This document shows, piece by piece, positions 28,201-37,246 of a stretch of 64,000 nucleotides of DNA; the first letter of the stretch is position 1; the number at the start of each line of letters is the position of its first letter. Both the position numbers and the translations under genes were made by a program. The stretch lies in IMG/VR virus record IMGVR_UViG_3300042154_004306; one strand, written 5' to 3'. Source of the stretch: a virus. Its lineage: Duplodnaviria; Heunggongvirae; Uroviricota; Caudoviricetes. The notes beneath the pieces were generated by a model. That model did not search any database, was not told where the DNA came from, and worked only from the letters and a program-made list of their open reading frames with translations.

Positions 28201-28273
28201 TGTGGGGTAGAGAAGTGGTCATCTCACAAGGCTCATAACCTTGAGATCAGGGGTTCGAATCCCTTATTCGCAA
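28201..28273 (+). tRNA. tRNA-Met or tRNA-Ile2 (anticodon CAT), acceptor stem rich in G-U pairs
   Basis: D-arm gaga-agtggtca-tctc; anticodon arm caagg-ctCATaa-ccttg; T-arm agggg-ttcgaat-ccctt; acceptor tgtgggg/attcgca gives 3 WC + 3 GU + 1 mismatch. Confidence 0.5.
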
Positions 28274-28278
28274 CGAAT

Positions 28279-28384
28279 GATTAGATGGACGTAATGAGGG
28301 ACGGCTCCCGAATCCCCAACTCGAAAGAGGTAAGGTCGTCTACCCCGTCTAGCACGGTATCCGGTTCGAGTCCGGCTCTAATCG
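28279..28384 (+). tRNA. long (~106 nt) tRNA-like gene, possibly type II or intron-containing
   Basis: Perfect 7-bp acceptor gattaga/tctaatc; T-arm ccgg-ttcgagt-ccgg. The interior could not be folded by eye into D/anticodon/variable arms. Confidence 0.3.
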
Positions 28385-28494
28385 CCCGGATTCATGTACG
28401 TCGAGCGCAAACCAATTGCTCTTCAGGTAGATTTACATGGATAAACAACCCGTCACGGTATGCTCTACGGGGCAGGAGTGAACTGAAGAGAAAC

Positions 28495-28571
28495 GGACTG
28501 GTAGTTCAGCTGGTTAGAATGCCGCCCTGTCACGGCGGAGGCCACATGTTCGAGTCCTGAAAGGTCCGCCA
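28495..28571 (+). tRNA. tRNA-Asp (anticodon GTC), CCA encoded, T-arm and acceptor imperfect
   Basis: 5' two-thirds nearly identical to bacterial tRNA-Asp (TAGTTCAGCTGGTTAGAAT, ccgcc-cTGTCAc-ggcgg). T-stem acatg/cctga and the last two acceptor pairs mismatch. Confidence 0.45.
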
Positions 28572-28598
28572 TTTGGTATAATAATAAAAAATAAAAAC

Positions 28599-28994
28599 AT
28601 GAATCAAAAATTCTCAGAAATGGCGGACCGCTTAATGGAACTGCCTCAAGCAATCAGCGAGATTCAATTGGAAATCTTGGAAAGAACTGAAGCCTCTAAA
28701 CAGGTACAGGCTAAAATTACCACGATTGAGTCAAAGATCAGGGCTGATATTAACAATGAAGTCGATGCCAACGGAAAGAAAGTCTATTCGAATGCTGAAG
28801 CTCGTGAAGCGGCCTTCATTGAGGAGTCAAATGATAATGAGGAGTTGAAGGATCTAAAAACCGACTATGAGTACATACAACGCGAGATCTCAGAAAAAAA
28901 GATTGAGATTGAGAAGTTGAGCAATGATCAGCGTAACCTCAGAAGTTTGTTAAATTTTTTCGCAAATAATTCTGAAAATTCAGAGCAATTCTAA
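28599..28994 (+). CDS. hypothetical coiled-coil protein
   Basis: 131 aa, heptad-rich. Confidence 0.5.
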   Translation: MNQKFSEMADRLMELPQAISEIQLEILERTEASKQVQAKITTIESKIRADINNEVDANGKKVYSNAEAREAAFIEESNDNEELKDLKTDYEYIQREISEKKIEIEKLSNDQRNLRSLLNFFANNSENSEQF

Positions 28995-29009
28995 ACCACT
29001 ATAAGTACA

Positions 29010-29678
29010 ATGATGAATGAATTCCAAAAGTACGCAATGAGCGAGCACGGTGTGTCATCGCTGAATTTGCATAATTATCAAAAACAAGTTGAAGCATCAA
29101 TGACGCCTTATATCCTAGAGGAACGCGAGTTACGCGTTACCCAAATGGACATTTTTTCCAGATTAATGCGCGATCGTATCTTATGGGTCGCGGGTCCGGT
29201 GAATGACTATATGTCAACCATCGTGCAGGCTCAACTAATGTTTCTAGACTCAGTTGATGGCAAGGACATTACCATGCACATTGACTCTCCAGGCGGATCG
29301 GTTAAATCAGGTCTCTCAATGGTCGATGTGATGGACTACATCAATGCAGACATAGTCACGGTTAATACTGGAATGGCAGCATCGATGGGGTCTGTTCTAC
29401 TAGGCGCAGGAACAAAGGGCAAGAGGTTTTCACTAAAGCACTCACGTACAATGCTACATCAATCAAGTGGAGGTTTTAGCGGAAATATTCAGGATGCTGA
29501 AGTTGACATGGAAGAATGGAAGAAGATCAATGATGAGCTCTTCATTCTGCTGGGCAAGTACTGCGGTAAAAAACCTGAACAGGTTAAGAAAGACGCAACT
29601 AGAGATTTTTGGTTGACTGCTGACGAAGCAGTTAAGTACGGTATAATTGATCAAGTAATCCTAAAGAAGGCTAAATAA
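29010..29678 (+). CDS. clpP: ClpP-family serine protease
   Basis: 222 aa. Ser (GMAASMGS) / His / Asp triad regions conserved; ILWVAGPVND ... HIDSPGGSV. Confidence 0.85.
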   Translation: MMNEFQKYAMSEHGVSSLNLHNYQKQVEASMTPYILEERELRVTQMDIFSRLMRDRILWVAGPVNDYMSTIVQAQLMFLDSVDGKDITMHIDSPGGSVKSGLSMVDVMDYINADIVTVNTGMAASMGSVLLGAGTKGKRFSLKHSRTMLHQSSGGFSGNIQDAEVDMEEWKKINDELFILLGKYCGKKPEQVKKDATRDFWLTADEAVKYGIIDQVILKKAK

Positions 29679-30094
29679 TGAGTAGAGTATTAATTCTCCT
29701 ACGTGGAGTTCCAGGTTCAGGCAAGAGCACCTTTGCCAATCACATGTGGTCAAGCGGAGTCGTGTTTGAAGCCGATAAATTCTTCTATGATGAGGACGGT
29801 AAATATCAATTCGACGGCTCTAAATTAAAAGAGGCCCATGAATGGTGTCGTCGATCAGTACAGGAGGCAATGGAACAGAACCACCTAAGCGCAGGTCAGC
29901 ACTATCCGGAAATTATTGTGTCAAACACATTCACACGAGAGTGGGAGATGCAGGCATACTTGGATTTAGCAAAGCAATTCGAATACAATGTAGTTTCTTT
30001 GATTGTTGAGAATCGACATGGTGGCAAGAACTTGCATGGAGTACCCGATGAGAAGGTACAGGAGATGAGAGCCCGATTTGAAGTTAAATTATGA
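29678..30094 (+). CDS. P-loop kinase resembling the kinase domain of T4 polynucleotide kinase (Pnk)
   Basis: 138 aa. LILLRGVPGSGKSTFANHM Walker A at the extreme N-terminus as in T4 Pnk; no phosphatase domain. Confidence 0.5.
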   Translation: MSRVLILLRGVPGSGKSTFANHMWSSGVVFEADKFFYDEDGKYQFDGSKLKEAHEWCRRSVQEAMEQNHLSAGQHYPEIIVSNTFTREWEMQAYLDLAKQFEYNVVSLIVENRHGGKNLHGVPDEKVQEMRARFEVKL

Positions 30095-30411
30095 GAATGG
30101 GCAAATCAACATTCAAAAGAATAGTAAAGGATTGGAATGAAGCTACTGCTGCTGAAGTCTGGGAAGGTATCAGAGATAACTTCACCTTTGGTTTTATTGG
30201 TGCAACTCTTGTCGTGTTCATTGCAACCAGAACGGATATTGCTGTACTATTCGGTTACCTTGCCTATTACTTTTACATGGGCACAATCGTGAATCGACCT
30301 AAATACGTAACCCACTTGGGCAAGCTGATAGTGTTTCCAATTCCTTCAGCTCTTGGAGCATTTACCGGTTACAAATTGTCGTATTCGATTATTCAACTAA
30401 TAACATCATGA
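30091..30411 (+). CDS. small membrane protein
   Basis: 106 aa, 2-3 TM helices. Confidence 0.4.
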   Translation: MRMGKSTFKRIVKDWNEATAAEVWEGIRDNFTFGFIGATLVVFIATRTDIAVLFGYLAYYFYMGTIVNRPKYVTHLGKLIVFPIPSALGAFTGYKLSYSIIQLITS

Positions 30412-31484
30412 TCTTAACTAGAGAAATCATACAGCCTTATATCGATAAAGGATTAGTGGAAGCAAAGGATCATCCAACGCTTCCACTCACCATTTATAAT
30501 TACTCAAGAGAGTGCCAGTTTGAAAAGAGTTGGGATCAGGTGACTCTACAATGTCGAGGGCTAATCCTTGATCATGAGAACCGGTTGGTCGCTAGAGGTT
30601 TCAATAAATTCTTTAATTACGAAGAGGTTGAGAACACTGGCCAGATTCCAGTGAATGATAAATACGTTTACGTGCAGGAGAAAATGGACGGCTCTTTAGG
30701 AATCCTATTTCATTACAATGGTGAGTGGCACATGGCAACTCGCGGATCATTTGAATCTGAGCAAGCAAAAGCCGGTCTGGAGATTCTAAAAAAGAAGTAC
30801 GATCTTGGAAAGTTTCATTCAACTGTTTGTTACATTTGCGAGATTATCTATCCTGAGAACCGAATTGTAGTTGACTACTCTGAAGAAAAGATTACCTTCT
30901 TATCTGCTGTCATGGAAGGCCGTGAAGTAAATTGGGGAACGGCTAAAGCACTATTTCACTCATCTGGGATCCGTGAAGAGGATATTGTGTGGACGGTGAT
31001 GGATACTATTACTGAGAATATTTTTAAACGATACAAGAACCTTAACGAATCGGATAAGGAAGGTTTCGTCCTACGATTCCATCCATCAAATTACAGAGTT
31101 AAGATCAAGTTCGATGAGTATGTCAGATTACACCGACTGTTGACCAATTTTTCAAATATCGATATTTGGGAATGCTTGAGAAATGGAGATGACCTAAGCG
31201 AGTACATTGAGAGCGTGCCAGACGAATTTGATTCATGGGTCAGGGGCTGGATCAGGGCTCTTACGTTCGCGTTCGTCATGAAGGAACTTGAGGCTAAAAA
31301 GATTTTTGCCGAGTTATTAAGCCAAGATATTAATACCAAGAAGGAGGATGCCTTGTGGATTCAAGCAAATTGCCCAAAGGTGTACCAAGGTCTGGTGTTC
31401 TCAATGTTACAGGGCAAAGACTACAGTCAAACAGTTTGGCGAATGATTCGCCCTGATTATCAAAAACCTTTCTGGAACCGTTAA
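30408..31484 (+). CDS. RNA ligase, Rnl1-like
   Basis: 358 aa. Nucleotidyltransferase motif I YVQEKMDGSLG resembles T4 Rnl1 KEDGSL; size comparable to T4 Rnl1. Confidence 0.6.
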   Translation: MILTREIIQPYIDKGLVEAKDHPTLPLTIYNYSRECQFEKSWDQVTLQCRGLILDHENRLVARGFNKFFNYEEVENTGQIPVNDKYVYVQEKMDGSLGILFHYNGEWHMATRGSFESEQAKAGLEILKKKYDLGKFHSTVCYICEIIYPENRIVVDYSEEKITFLSAVMEGREVNWGTAKALFHSSGIREEDIVWTVMDTITENIFKRYKNLNESDKEGFVLRFHPSNYRVKIKFDEYVRLHRLLTNFSNIDIWECLRNGDDLSEYIESVPDEFDSWVRGWIRALTFAFVMKELEAKKIFAELLSQDINTKKEDALWIQANCPKVYQGLVFSMLQGKDYSQTVWRMIRPDYQKPFWNR

Positions 31485-31521
31485 CCGATTGAGAGTATAA
31501 TATAAAAAGACTCAATCTAAC

Positions 31522-32424
31522 ATGCGTAAATTACTTGTGACCGGTGGCAATGGGCTAGTCGGGTCAGCGATAGCTGCTGAAGTTAAGATCGGTAGAGAAT
31601 TTGACTTAACTAGCACCGCTCAAACCCAAAAGGCTTTTGAACTCCATAAACCAACTCATGTTATACACTGTGCTGGTAAGGTGGGAGGCCTTGGCGGAAA
31701 CATGAACTATAAAGGCGAATACTTTTACGATAACTTGATGATTAACACAAACGTCATTGAGGAGGCACGTAAAGCCGGCGTTACTAATCTAGTTGCTTTT
31801 CTCTCCACTTGCGTTTTCCCGGACTCAATTGAGTATCCGTTGACGGAAAAGAAGATTCATCTTGGTGAACCTCACTCATCTAACTATCCCTATGCATACG
31901 CAAAGAGGATGTCAGACATTCAGATCAGAGCGTATCGCGAACAGTACGGCGTGAGGTACACATCAGTAATTCCATGCAACATATACGGACCAAACGATAA
32001 TTTTTCGCTGGACCATGGGCATGTCATTCCGATGTTGATGCACAAGATCTATAAAGCTCAGCAAAACAATAGCGAGCTCTCTATTTGGGGAGATGGATCG
32101 CCGCTTAGGGAATTCATATACGCAAAGGACGTTGCTCGACTTGCTGAATGGGCAGTAGATAACTACGATGAGGCTGAGCCAATAGTATTCAGCACGTCAG
32201 AAGAAATTTCAATTGCGGAAGTTGTTGAGCTTCTAGTTGAGGCATTTAATTTTAAGGGCGCAGTTAGATTCGATAAGTCAAAACCAAACGGCCAACACCG
32301 AAAACCTTCAGACAATTCAAAGTTGAAGAGTTACCTACCTGATTTTAAATTCACACCGATTGAGGAAGGCCTCAAGGAGACAGTAAAATGGTTTATAGAC
32401 AATTATGAAACAGCAAGAAAATAA
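31522..32424 (+). CDS. fcl: GDP-L-fucose synthase (GDP-4-keto-6-deoxy-D-mannose 3,5-epimerase/4-reductase)
   Basis: 300 aa. VTGGNGLVGSAI Rossmann; Ser/Tyr/Lys SDR residues (YAYAKRM); overall Fcl-like. Confidence 0.85.
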   Translation: MRKLLVTGGNGLVGSAIAAEVKIGREFDLTSTAQTQKAFELHKPTHVIHCAGKVGGLGGNMNYKGEYFYDNLMINTNVIEEARKAGVTNLVAFLSTCVFPDSIEYPLTEKKIHLGEPHSSNYPYAYAKRMSDIQIRAYREQYGVRYTSVIPCNIYGPNDNFSLDHGHVIPMLMHKIYKAQQNNSELSIWGDGSPLREFIYAKDVARLAEWAVDNYDEAEPIVFSTSEEISIAEVVELLVEAFNFKGAVRFDKSKPNGQHRKPSDNSKLKSYLPDFKFTPIEEGLKETVKWFIDNYETARK

Positions 32425-33394
32425 AAAAGCACTAATCACCGGAATAAACGGACAGGACGGCTCGTACTTAGCCGAGTTTTTGTTAGACAAGGGTTACGAA
32501 GTACACGGCACCCTAAAAAGAAATTCAATCTCTGAGAATCAAACCGCTCGATTGACAGATGATGTTTACACAAAAGTCAAGCTACACTATGCTGACGTTA
32601 CTGACTTATCTTCGTTAATCAGAGTTGTTCAGGAAATCATGCCAGCCGAGATCTATAACTTAGCTGCACAGTCGCATGTTCGAATTTCGTTTGATCAACC
32701 TGTCTATACTGCGCATGCAACCGGCATAAGCACATTAAACCTATTGGAGGTCGTACGGCTAATTAAACCGGATGCTAGAGTTTATCAAGCCTCTTCGTCT
32801 GAGATGTTCGGAAACTCGATTGACCAGGACGGGTACCAGAGAGAAACTACTCAAATGACGCCTGTCTCTCCTTACGGTTGCGCTAAAGTTTTCTCTTATA
32901 ACATTGCAAGAAATTACAGAAACTCTTATGGAATGTACGTGTCAAACGGAATCCTATTCAATCACGAGTCTCCAAGACGTGGTACGAACTTCGTTACTAA
33001 TAAAGTATGCAAGGAGGCAGTTAAGATTAAATTGGGGCTCTCGACTGAACTTAGGCTTGGTAATTTATCTGCAACAAGAGATTGGGGCCATGCCAAGGAT
33101 TACGTTAGAGCAATGTGGGAAATCCTACAGTTAAAAGAACCCGGTGATTATGTTTGTGCAACTGGAGTATCTCACTCAGTTAGGGATCTATGTGAATACG
33201 TCTTTTCTAAACTAGACTTGAATTGGAAAGACTGGGTTAAAACTGATGAGAAGTTTCTTAGACCTGAAGAGCTACATGATCTAAAGGGAGATCCCAGTAA
33301 ACTGGTCAGAGCCACCGGCTGGTCTCATGATTACACGTTTGAAACGATGCTAGATGAAATGATTCAGCACTGGTTAGACGTATATGAACGCTAG
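32405..33394 (+). CDS. gmd: GDP-mannose 4,6-dehydratase
   Basis: 329 aa. ALITGINGQDGSYLAEFLLDKGYEVHG N-terminus; YGCAKVFSYN (YxxxK) catalytic motif. Confidence 0.9.
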   Translation: MKQQENKKALITGINGQDGSYLAEFLLDKGYEVHGTLKRNSISENQTARLTDDVYTKVKLHYADVTDLSSLIRVVQEIMPAEIYNLAAQSHVRISFDQPVYTAHATGISTLNLLEVVRLIKPDARVYQASSSEMFGNSIDQDGYQRETTQMTPVSPYGCAKVFSYNIARNYRNSYGMYVSNGILFNHESPRRGTNFVTNKVCKEAVKIKLGLSTELRLGNLSATRDWGHAKDYVRAMWEILQLKEPGDYVCATGVSHSVRDLCEYVFSKLDLNWKDWVKTDEKFLRPEELHDLKGDPSKLVRATGWSHDYTFETMLDEMIQHWLDVYER

Positions 33395-33439
33395 CAGGCC
33401 CGGCGCTCTTCTAATAAATAATCGAAAGCACCCAGACAC

Positions 33440-34276
33440 ATGCCAACTCATAAACCGTATGCAATTAACCTAGGTTCAGCAATCACAGGTACTACTCAAA
33501 CTGGTAACTTTGCGGTTGGGACTGGGACACCAACCACAATCTGGTCAAATCGACCAGGCTCAGTTACTTGGTGGATGGGTCCGGACGAGGATGTTGGTTA
33601 CTTAATCGTGAAGCAAGATGGCGCAAATCCTTCTTTCTGGCGATCCACGGCTAAGACTGATCCAGCTTTTCTAAGTCTTGCTAATAATCTAGCTAGGCGA
33701 TTCGGTACAAGCCCATTTGCATCGGCCGCAGCTGCTTACACTTGGTTAACAACAAACGGCTATTACACGACGTTTCAGCCGTATGCGGCAGGTCTCTACA
33801 AGACCACTTTCTCTGGATACTTTGCCGATAACGTTAGTTTCTTTGCGACCGCGACTCCACAAGCATTCGGCGCAAATCAAGCAACCTCAGTACAAGCTAC
33901 GACTATTTCAGAACCTGCAACCAATGACGGTGAAGTATTTAGCTGTCAGTGGTTAGGCTATTTTAAACCGACGACCACTGAAACTTACACATTCTATACG
34001 TCAAGCGACGATGCATCTTACATGTGGATCGGTGCAAACGCTCAAACTGGATTCACAACAACAAATGCAACCGTTAATAATGGAAGTCTTCATGGAACGC
34101 AGGAGCGATCCGGCTCAATCGATTTAACTGCAGGTACGTATTACCCGGTTAGAATCCAATTTGGCGAAAACACTGGAGGAGACGTCATGACCTTTAATTA
34201 TTCTACTCCCAACATTGCCAAGACAACCACTGTCACAGGCCTAGTATTCTACAACACCACAACGAACGGCCATTAA
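33440..34276 (+). CDS. PA14-domain protein (carbohydrate-binding; putative virion adhesin)
   Basis: 278 aa. GEVFSCQWLGYFKPTTTETYTFYTSSDDASYMWIG ... GTYYPVRIQFGENTGG is a typical PA14 signature. Confidence 0.55.
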   Translation: MPTHKPYAINLGSAITGTTQTGNFAVGTGTPTTIWSNRPGSVTWWMGPDEDVGYLIVKQDGANPSFWRSTAKTDPAFLSLANNLARRFGTSPFASAAAAYTWLTTNGYYTTFQPYAAGLYKTTFSGYFADNVSFFATATPQAFGANQATSVQATTISEPATNDGEVFSCQWLGYFKPTTTETYTFYTSSDDASYMWIGANAQTGFTTTNATVNNGSLHGTQERSGSIDLTAGTYYPVRIQFGENTGGDVMTFNYSTPNIAKTTTVTGLVFYNTTTNGH

Positions 34277-34307
34277 TCTGGCCAAGTTTGGGTATATTAA
34301 ATTAATA

Positions 34308-34517
34308 ATGAAATCAGATATCAAGGTTAGAATTGAACAGCTATCTTTTCAATCAGGTGGCGAGTACATGGACGTTCAGGTTCGTGATGGCTACGTTGAT
34401 ATCACGGTTGGCGGAGTTGAGAATGATAAATTCTCAGTCACACTCGCTGACTGGAAGATCATAACTAAAAGAATATTTGACCTAATACAACAAGAACAAA
34501 ATCTAGAAAAAAAATGA
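34308..34517 (+). CDS. hypothetical protein
   Basis: 69 aa ORF. Confidence 0.35.
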   Translation: MKSDIKVRIEQLSFQSGGEYMDVQVRDGYVDITVGGVENDKFSVTLADWKIITKRIFDLIQQEQNLEKK

Positions 34518-34903
34518 AGAACGTACAACACTCAATAGATGAGGCTCGATTAATCGTCGAGAGCTTTGATCCAGGAGGCGGCATGACCGTTGGATTCGAT
34601 GAGGAGACTTACACACTCACCGCCGACCAAATGATGAAGATCGCTAGGGCGCTATACTTAGCGGACTGTGCGATTGAGGAAAGAACTGAAGTGATCATGC
34701 AACTTATAAAATTAGCAGAGCTCTATCAGGCCAGAGCGCATGAGGTCGAAGATATTAGCCTTGACCTACTCACCTGTCCATTGTGGAACTTCGTGAAGTT
34801 AGTCAAATTAGAAAAGAGAATACACGAAGCTATTTTACGATACAATTCTGAGCCTCAGCTTGAGGAGGCCCTTAATAAACTAGAGTCAATTTTTCAAAGG
34901 TAG
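34514..34903 (+). CDS. hypothetical protein
   Basis: 129 aa ORF. Confidence 0.45.
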   Translation: MKNVQHSIDEARLIVESFDPGGGMTVGFDEETYTLTADQMMKIARALYLADCAIEERTEVIMQLIKLAELYQARAHEVEDISLDLLTCPLWNFVKLVKLEKRIHEAILRYNSEPQLEEALNKLESIFQR

Positions 34904-34974
34904 TTAATGACCAGTTAACAATGATCAAGCCGGTACATGGAGTATGAAAAATCAATAAATAACAATAAAACGTT

Positions 34975-37155
34975 ATGAGAAAAATTACTCAACTTATGGT
35001 ATTGATGCTATCGATACTAACTATCCCCAAGTGTTTTGCACAAAGTGTAACAATCGGCCCAATCTCTGGTGCTTCGTCCTATCAAACAGGTCCCATCTAT
35101 CAAAGGGTTACCGCTCAGAGCTCAAATTATGCTAAGTCCGCTTATCTTTACACCAAAGATGAATTAAACATTCCCTCTGGATCAACCATTACAAAAGTTG
35201 AATGGTTAAAAGCAAATAATGCGACTGCTACCGGTAACAATAAATTCAAGGTTATCATTTCCAATACACCTAAAACAACAATGGGTGTATCTGCCAACTA
35301 TTCGGACTTTTTACAAAACTCACAAACAGTTTTCTCAACTGATAAACTAGGGTTACCAGCCACAACTAATTATTGGATACCTTGCCAATTCTCATCTGGG
35401 TTTATATATGAAGGTGGAAGCTTATCTATACTAACCGATTGGGCTAAAGCTGGAACATGTACTGGCCCATTAAACTTTTATCAAAAACCTTCTGTTGGAA
35501 AGTCTATGCAGGTAATCAGTCCAGCACTAATACCACAAGATGCTTTGCTACTACCAACATCTGGTTCGGTAAGACCCACAATTAGAATAACATACACAGC
35601 ACCTATTATGTGTTCCACGATGCCTAGTCCAGGCTTGGCTGTCTCTACGAATTCGGTTGTTTGTCCAAACCAACAATTCACACTTTCACTAACTAATAAA
35701 ATAGCCGAAGGTGGTATATCCTATGACTGGCAGAAATCAAATGCTTTATCTTTTGATAGCGCCGCTTCTATTGGTAATGGTTCATCAGTAATTACATCAC
35801 AAACAGCCGAGACATATTATAGATGTAAGGTTAGCTGTGGTAGTCTTGTTACTTGGACAAATATTATAAAAATACCAATTAACCCTTTTTACAATTGCTA
35901 TTGCCCAAGTACGGCTCAATCCCCAACAGATGAGGAAATAACACATTTCAAATTAGGTGATTTAGATAAAAAATCCAGTGTTGGTACTCCTGTTATATTT
36001 GGGGTTAGACCTGGAGACTGTGGTGATTTAGCACCCGGTGAAGGATCAAAAAAATCTTTATACTCAAACTATAGAGGGGATAAACCCACAGATATTAAAA
36101 TTGGTTCCACTGTTCCCTTTATTGTTGAAACATCATTATGTGGCACTAATGGAGCTTATAACCGTGCCGCTATTTTTATAGATGCTAACCGAAATGGTGA
36201 ATTTGAGGGTAGTGAACAAATTTATCTATCACCTGTTGTTTATGGTCCAACTGCCAGTGTTAGAAAAGGTTTTATTAAAATCCCTATCACATCACAACCA
36301 GGTATAACAGGAGTTAGAGTTATTGTGAACGAAACACAAAACGCAATTTCATCATGTGGATCTTATGCTTTTGGAGAAACTGAGGACTACACAATCAACT
36401 TAGTTAGCCATATTAACTGTGATTCTATTCCCACAATAGTAAGCTCTGATACTAAAGTTTGTAAAGGCAGTAGTTTATTACTTTACCCATCTATAACAGG
36501 TGATAGTTATCAATGGATTAAAAATGGTCAAGTGGTAAGTGGATCTACTGATTTTTTTTATGAACCAGTTGTATCTGAACCTACTACTTTTATTTGTAAA
36601 GTTAAATGTGGTGATGTATTAAAAGAAACAGAGTCAATTTTAATTGATTTAAATAAGTTTACTGATTGTTATTGTGAGTCTGGTGCTGGTGGTCAGGCTG
36701 ATGAAGAAATTATAGACTTCACGTTAAATGGAGTAAAGGTTGGTCTAGATTGTGGTAAACAAGCACCCGGTGCTAAATCCTACTTAAATGAATACTCAGA
36801 CTTTAAACCAAACGGTTCATTTACCGAACTAAAAAAGGGTAATACATACTCATTTGATATTTATGATAATGACTGTGATACACCAGCCTCGCCATATTAT
36901 ACAGCGTCAGTTGGTGGTTGGATAGACTTTAATCAAAATGGGGTGTTTGATAATAACGAAAAAATTCTACAAGTTGATGGTGTAACCGGACCTAAACACA
37001 TAACCGGAACCATAACAATACCATTAAATGCTATATCGGGGGTTACCTGTCTTAGATTAGTATTAGGTGGAGGTTTATATGGGGTTTACCTAACACCGTG
37101 TTCTAAATTTCAATCAGGTGAAACAGAAGATCACTTAGTTACAATAACCGATTAA
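34975..37155 (+). CDS. large secreted Cys-rich protein with two GEVED-like C-terminal-type modules
   Basis: 726 aa, signal peptide. Repeated module ending FGETEDYTINLV and QSGETEDHLVTITD (GEVED-like). CAATAAATAA at 34953-34962 upstream. Confidence 0.5.
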   Translation: MRKITQLMVLMLSILTIPKCFAQSVTIGPISGASSYQTGPIYQRVTAQSSNYAKSAYLYTKDELNIPSGSTITKVEWLKANNATATGNNKFKVIISNTPKTTMGVSANYSDFLQNSQTVFSTDKLGLPATTNYWIPCQFSSGFIYEGGSLSILTDWAKAGTCTGPLNFYQKPSVGKSMQVISPALIPQDALLLPTSGSVRPTIRITYTAPIMCSTMPSPGLAVSTNSVVCPNQQFTLSLTNKIAEGGISYDWQKSNALSFDSAASIGNGSSVITSQTAETYYRCKVSCGSLVTWTNIIKIPINPFYNCYCPSTAQSPTDEEITHFKLGDLDKKSSVGTPVIFGVRPGDCGDLAPGEGSKKSLYSNYRGDKPTDIKIGSTVPFIVETSLCGTNGAYNRAAIFIDANRNGEFEGSEQIYLSPVVYGPTASVRKGFIKIPITSQPGITGVRVIVNETQNAISSCGSYAFGETEDYTINLVSHINCDSIPTIVSSDTKVCKGSSLLLYPSITGDSYQWIKNGQVVSGSTDFFYEPVVSEPTTFICKVKCGDVLKETESILIDLNKFTDCYCESGAGGQADEEIIDFTLNGVKVGLDCGKQAPGAKSYLNEYSDFKPNGSFTELKKGNTYSFDIYDNDCDTPASPYYTASVGGWIDFNQNGVFDNNEKILQVDGVTGPKHITGTITIPLNAISGVTCLRLVLGGGLYGVYLTPCSKFQSGETEDHLVTITD

Positions 37156-37185
37156 TTTCACTTAATCCTAGAAAATCGTTATACT

Positions 37186-37213
37186 GAAAGCAATCGAAAG
37201 ATTGCTTTTTTTG
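37186..37213 (+). terminator. rho-independent terminator
   Basis: gaaagcaatc-gaaa-gattgcttt followed by ttttttg. Confidence 0.6.
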
Positions 37214-37246
37214 TTAGGTTAGAAAAAGTTTTGGTAAATTAATCTC

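Noticed and set aside
28200-28571. tmRNA (ssrA) hypothesis for the 370-nt ORF-free stretch starting GGGG and ending TCCGCCA
   Set aside because: No tRNA-like domain formed by pairing the 5' and 3' ends and no tag-peptide reading frame ending in a hydrophobic xAA stop. The region resolves better as several separate tRNA or tRNA-like genes. Track ORFs 28285..28560 and 28465..28653 lie in this region and are considered spurious.
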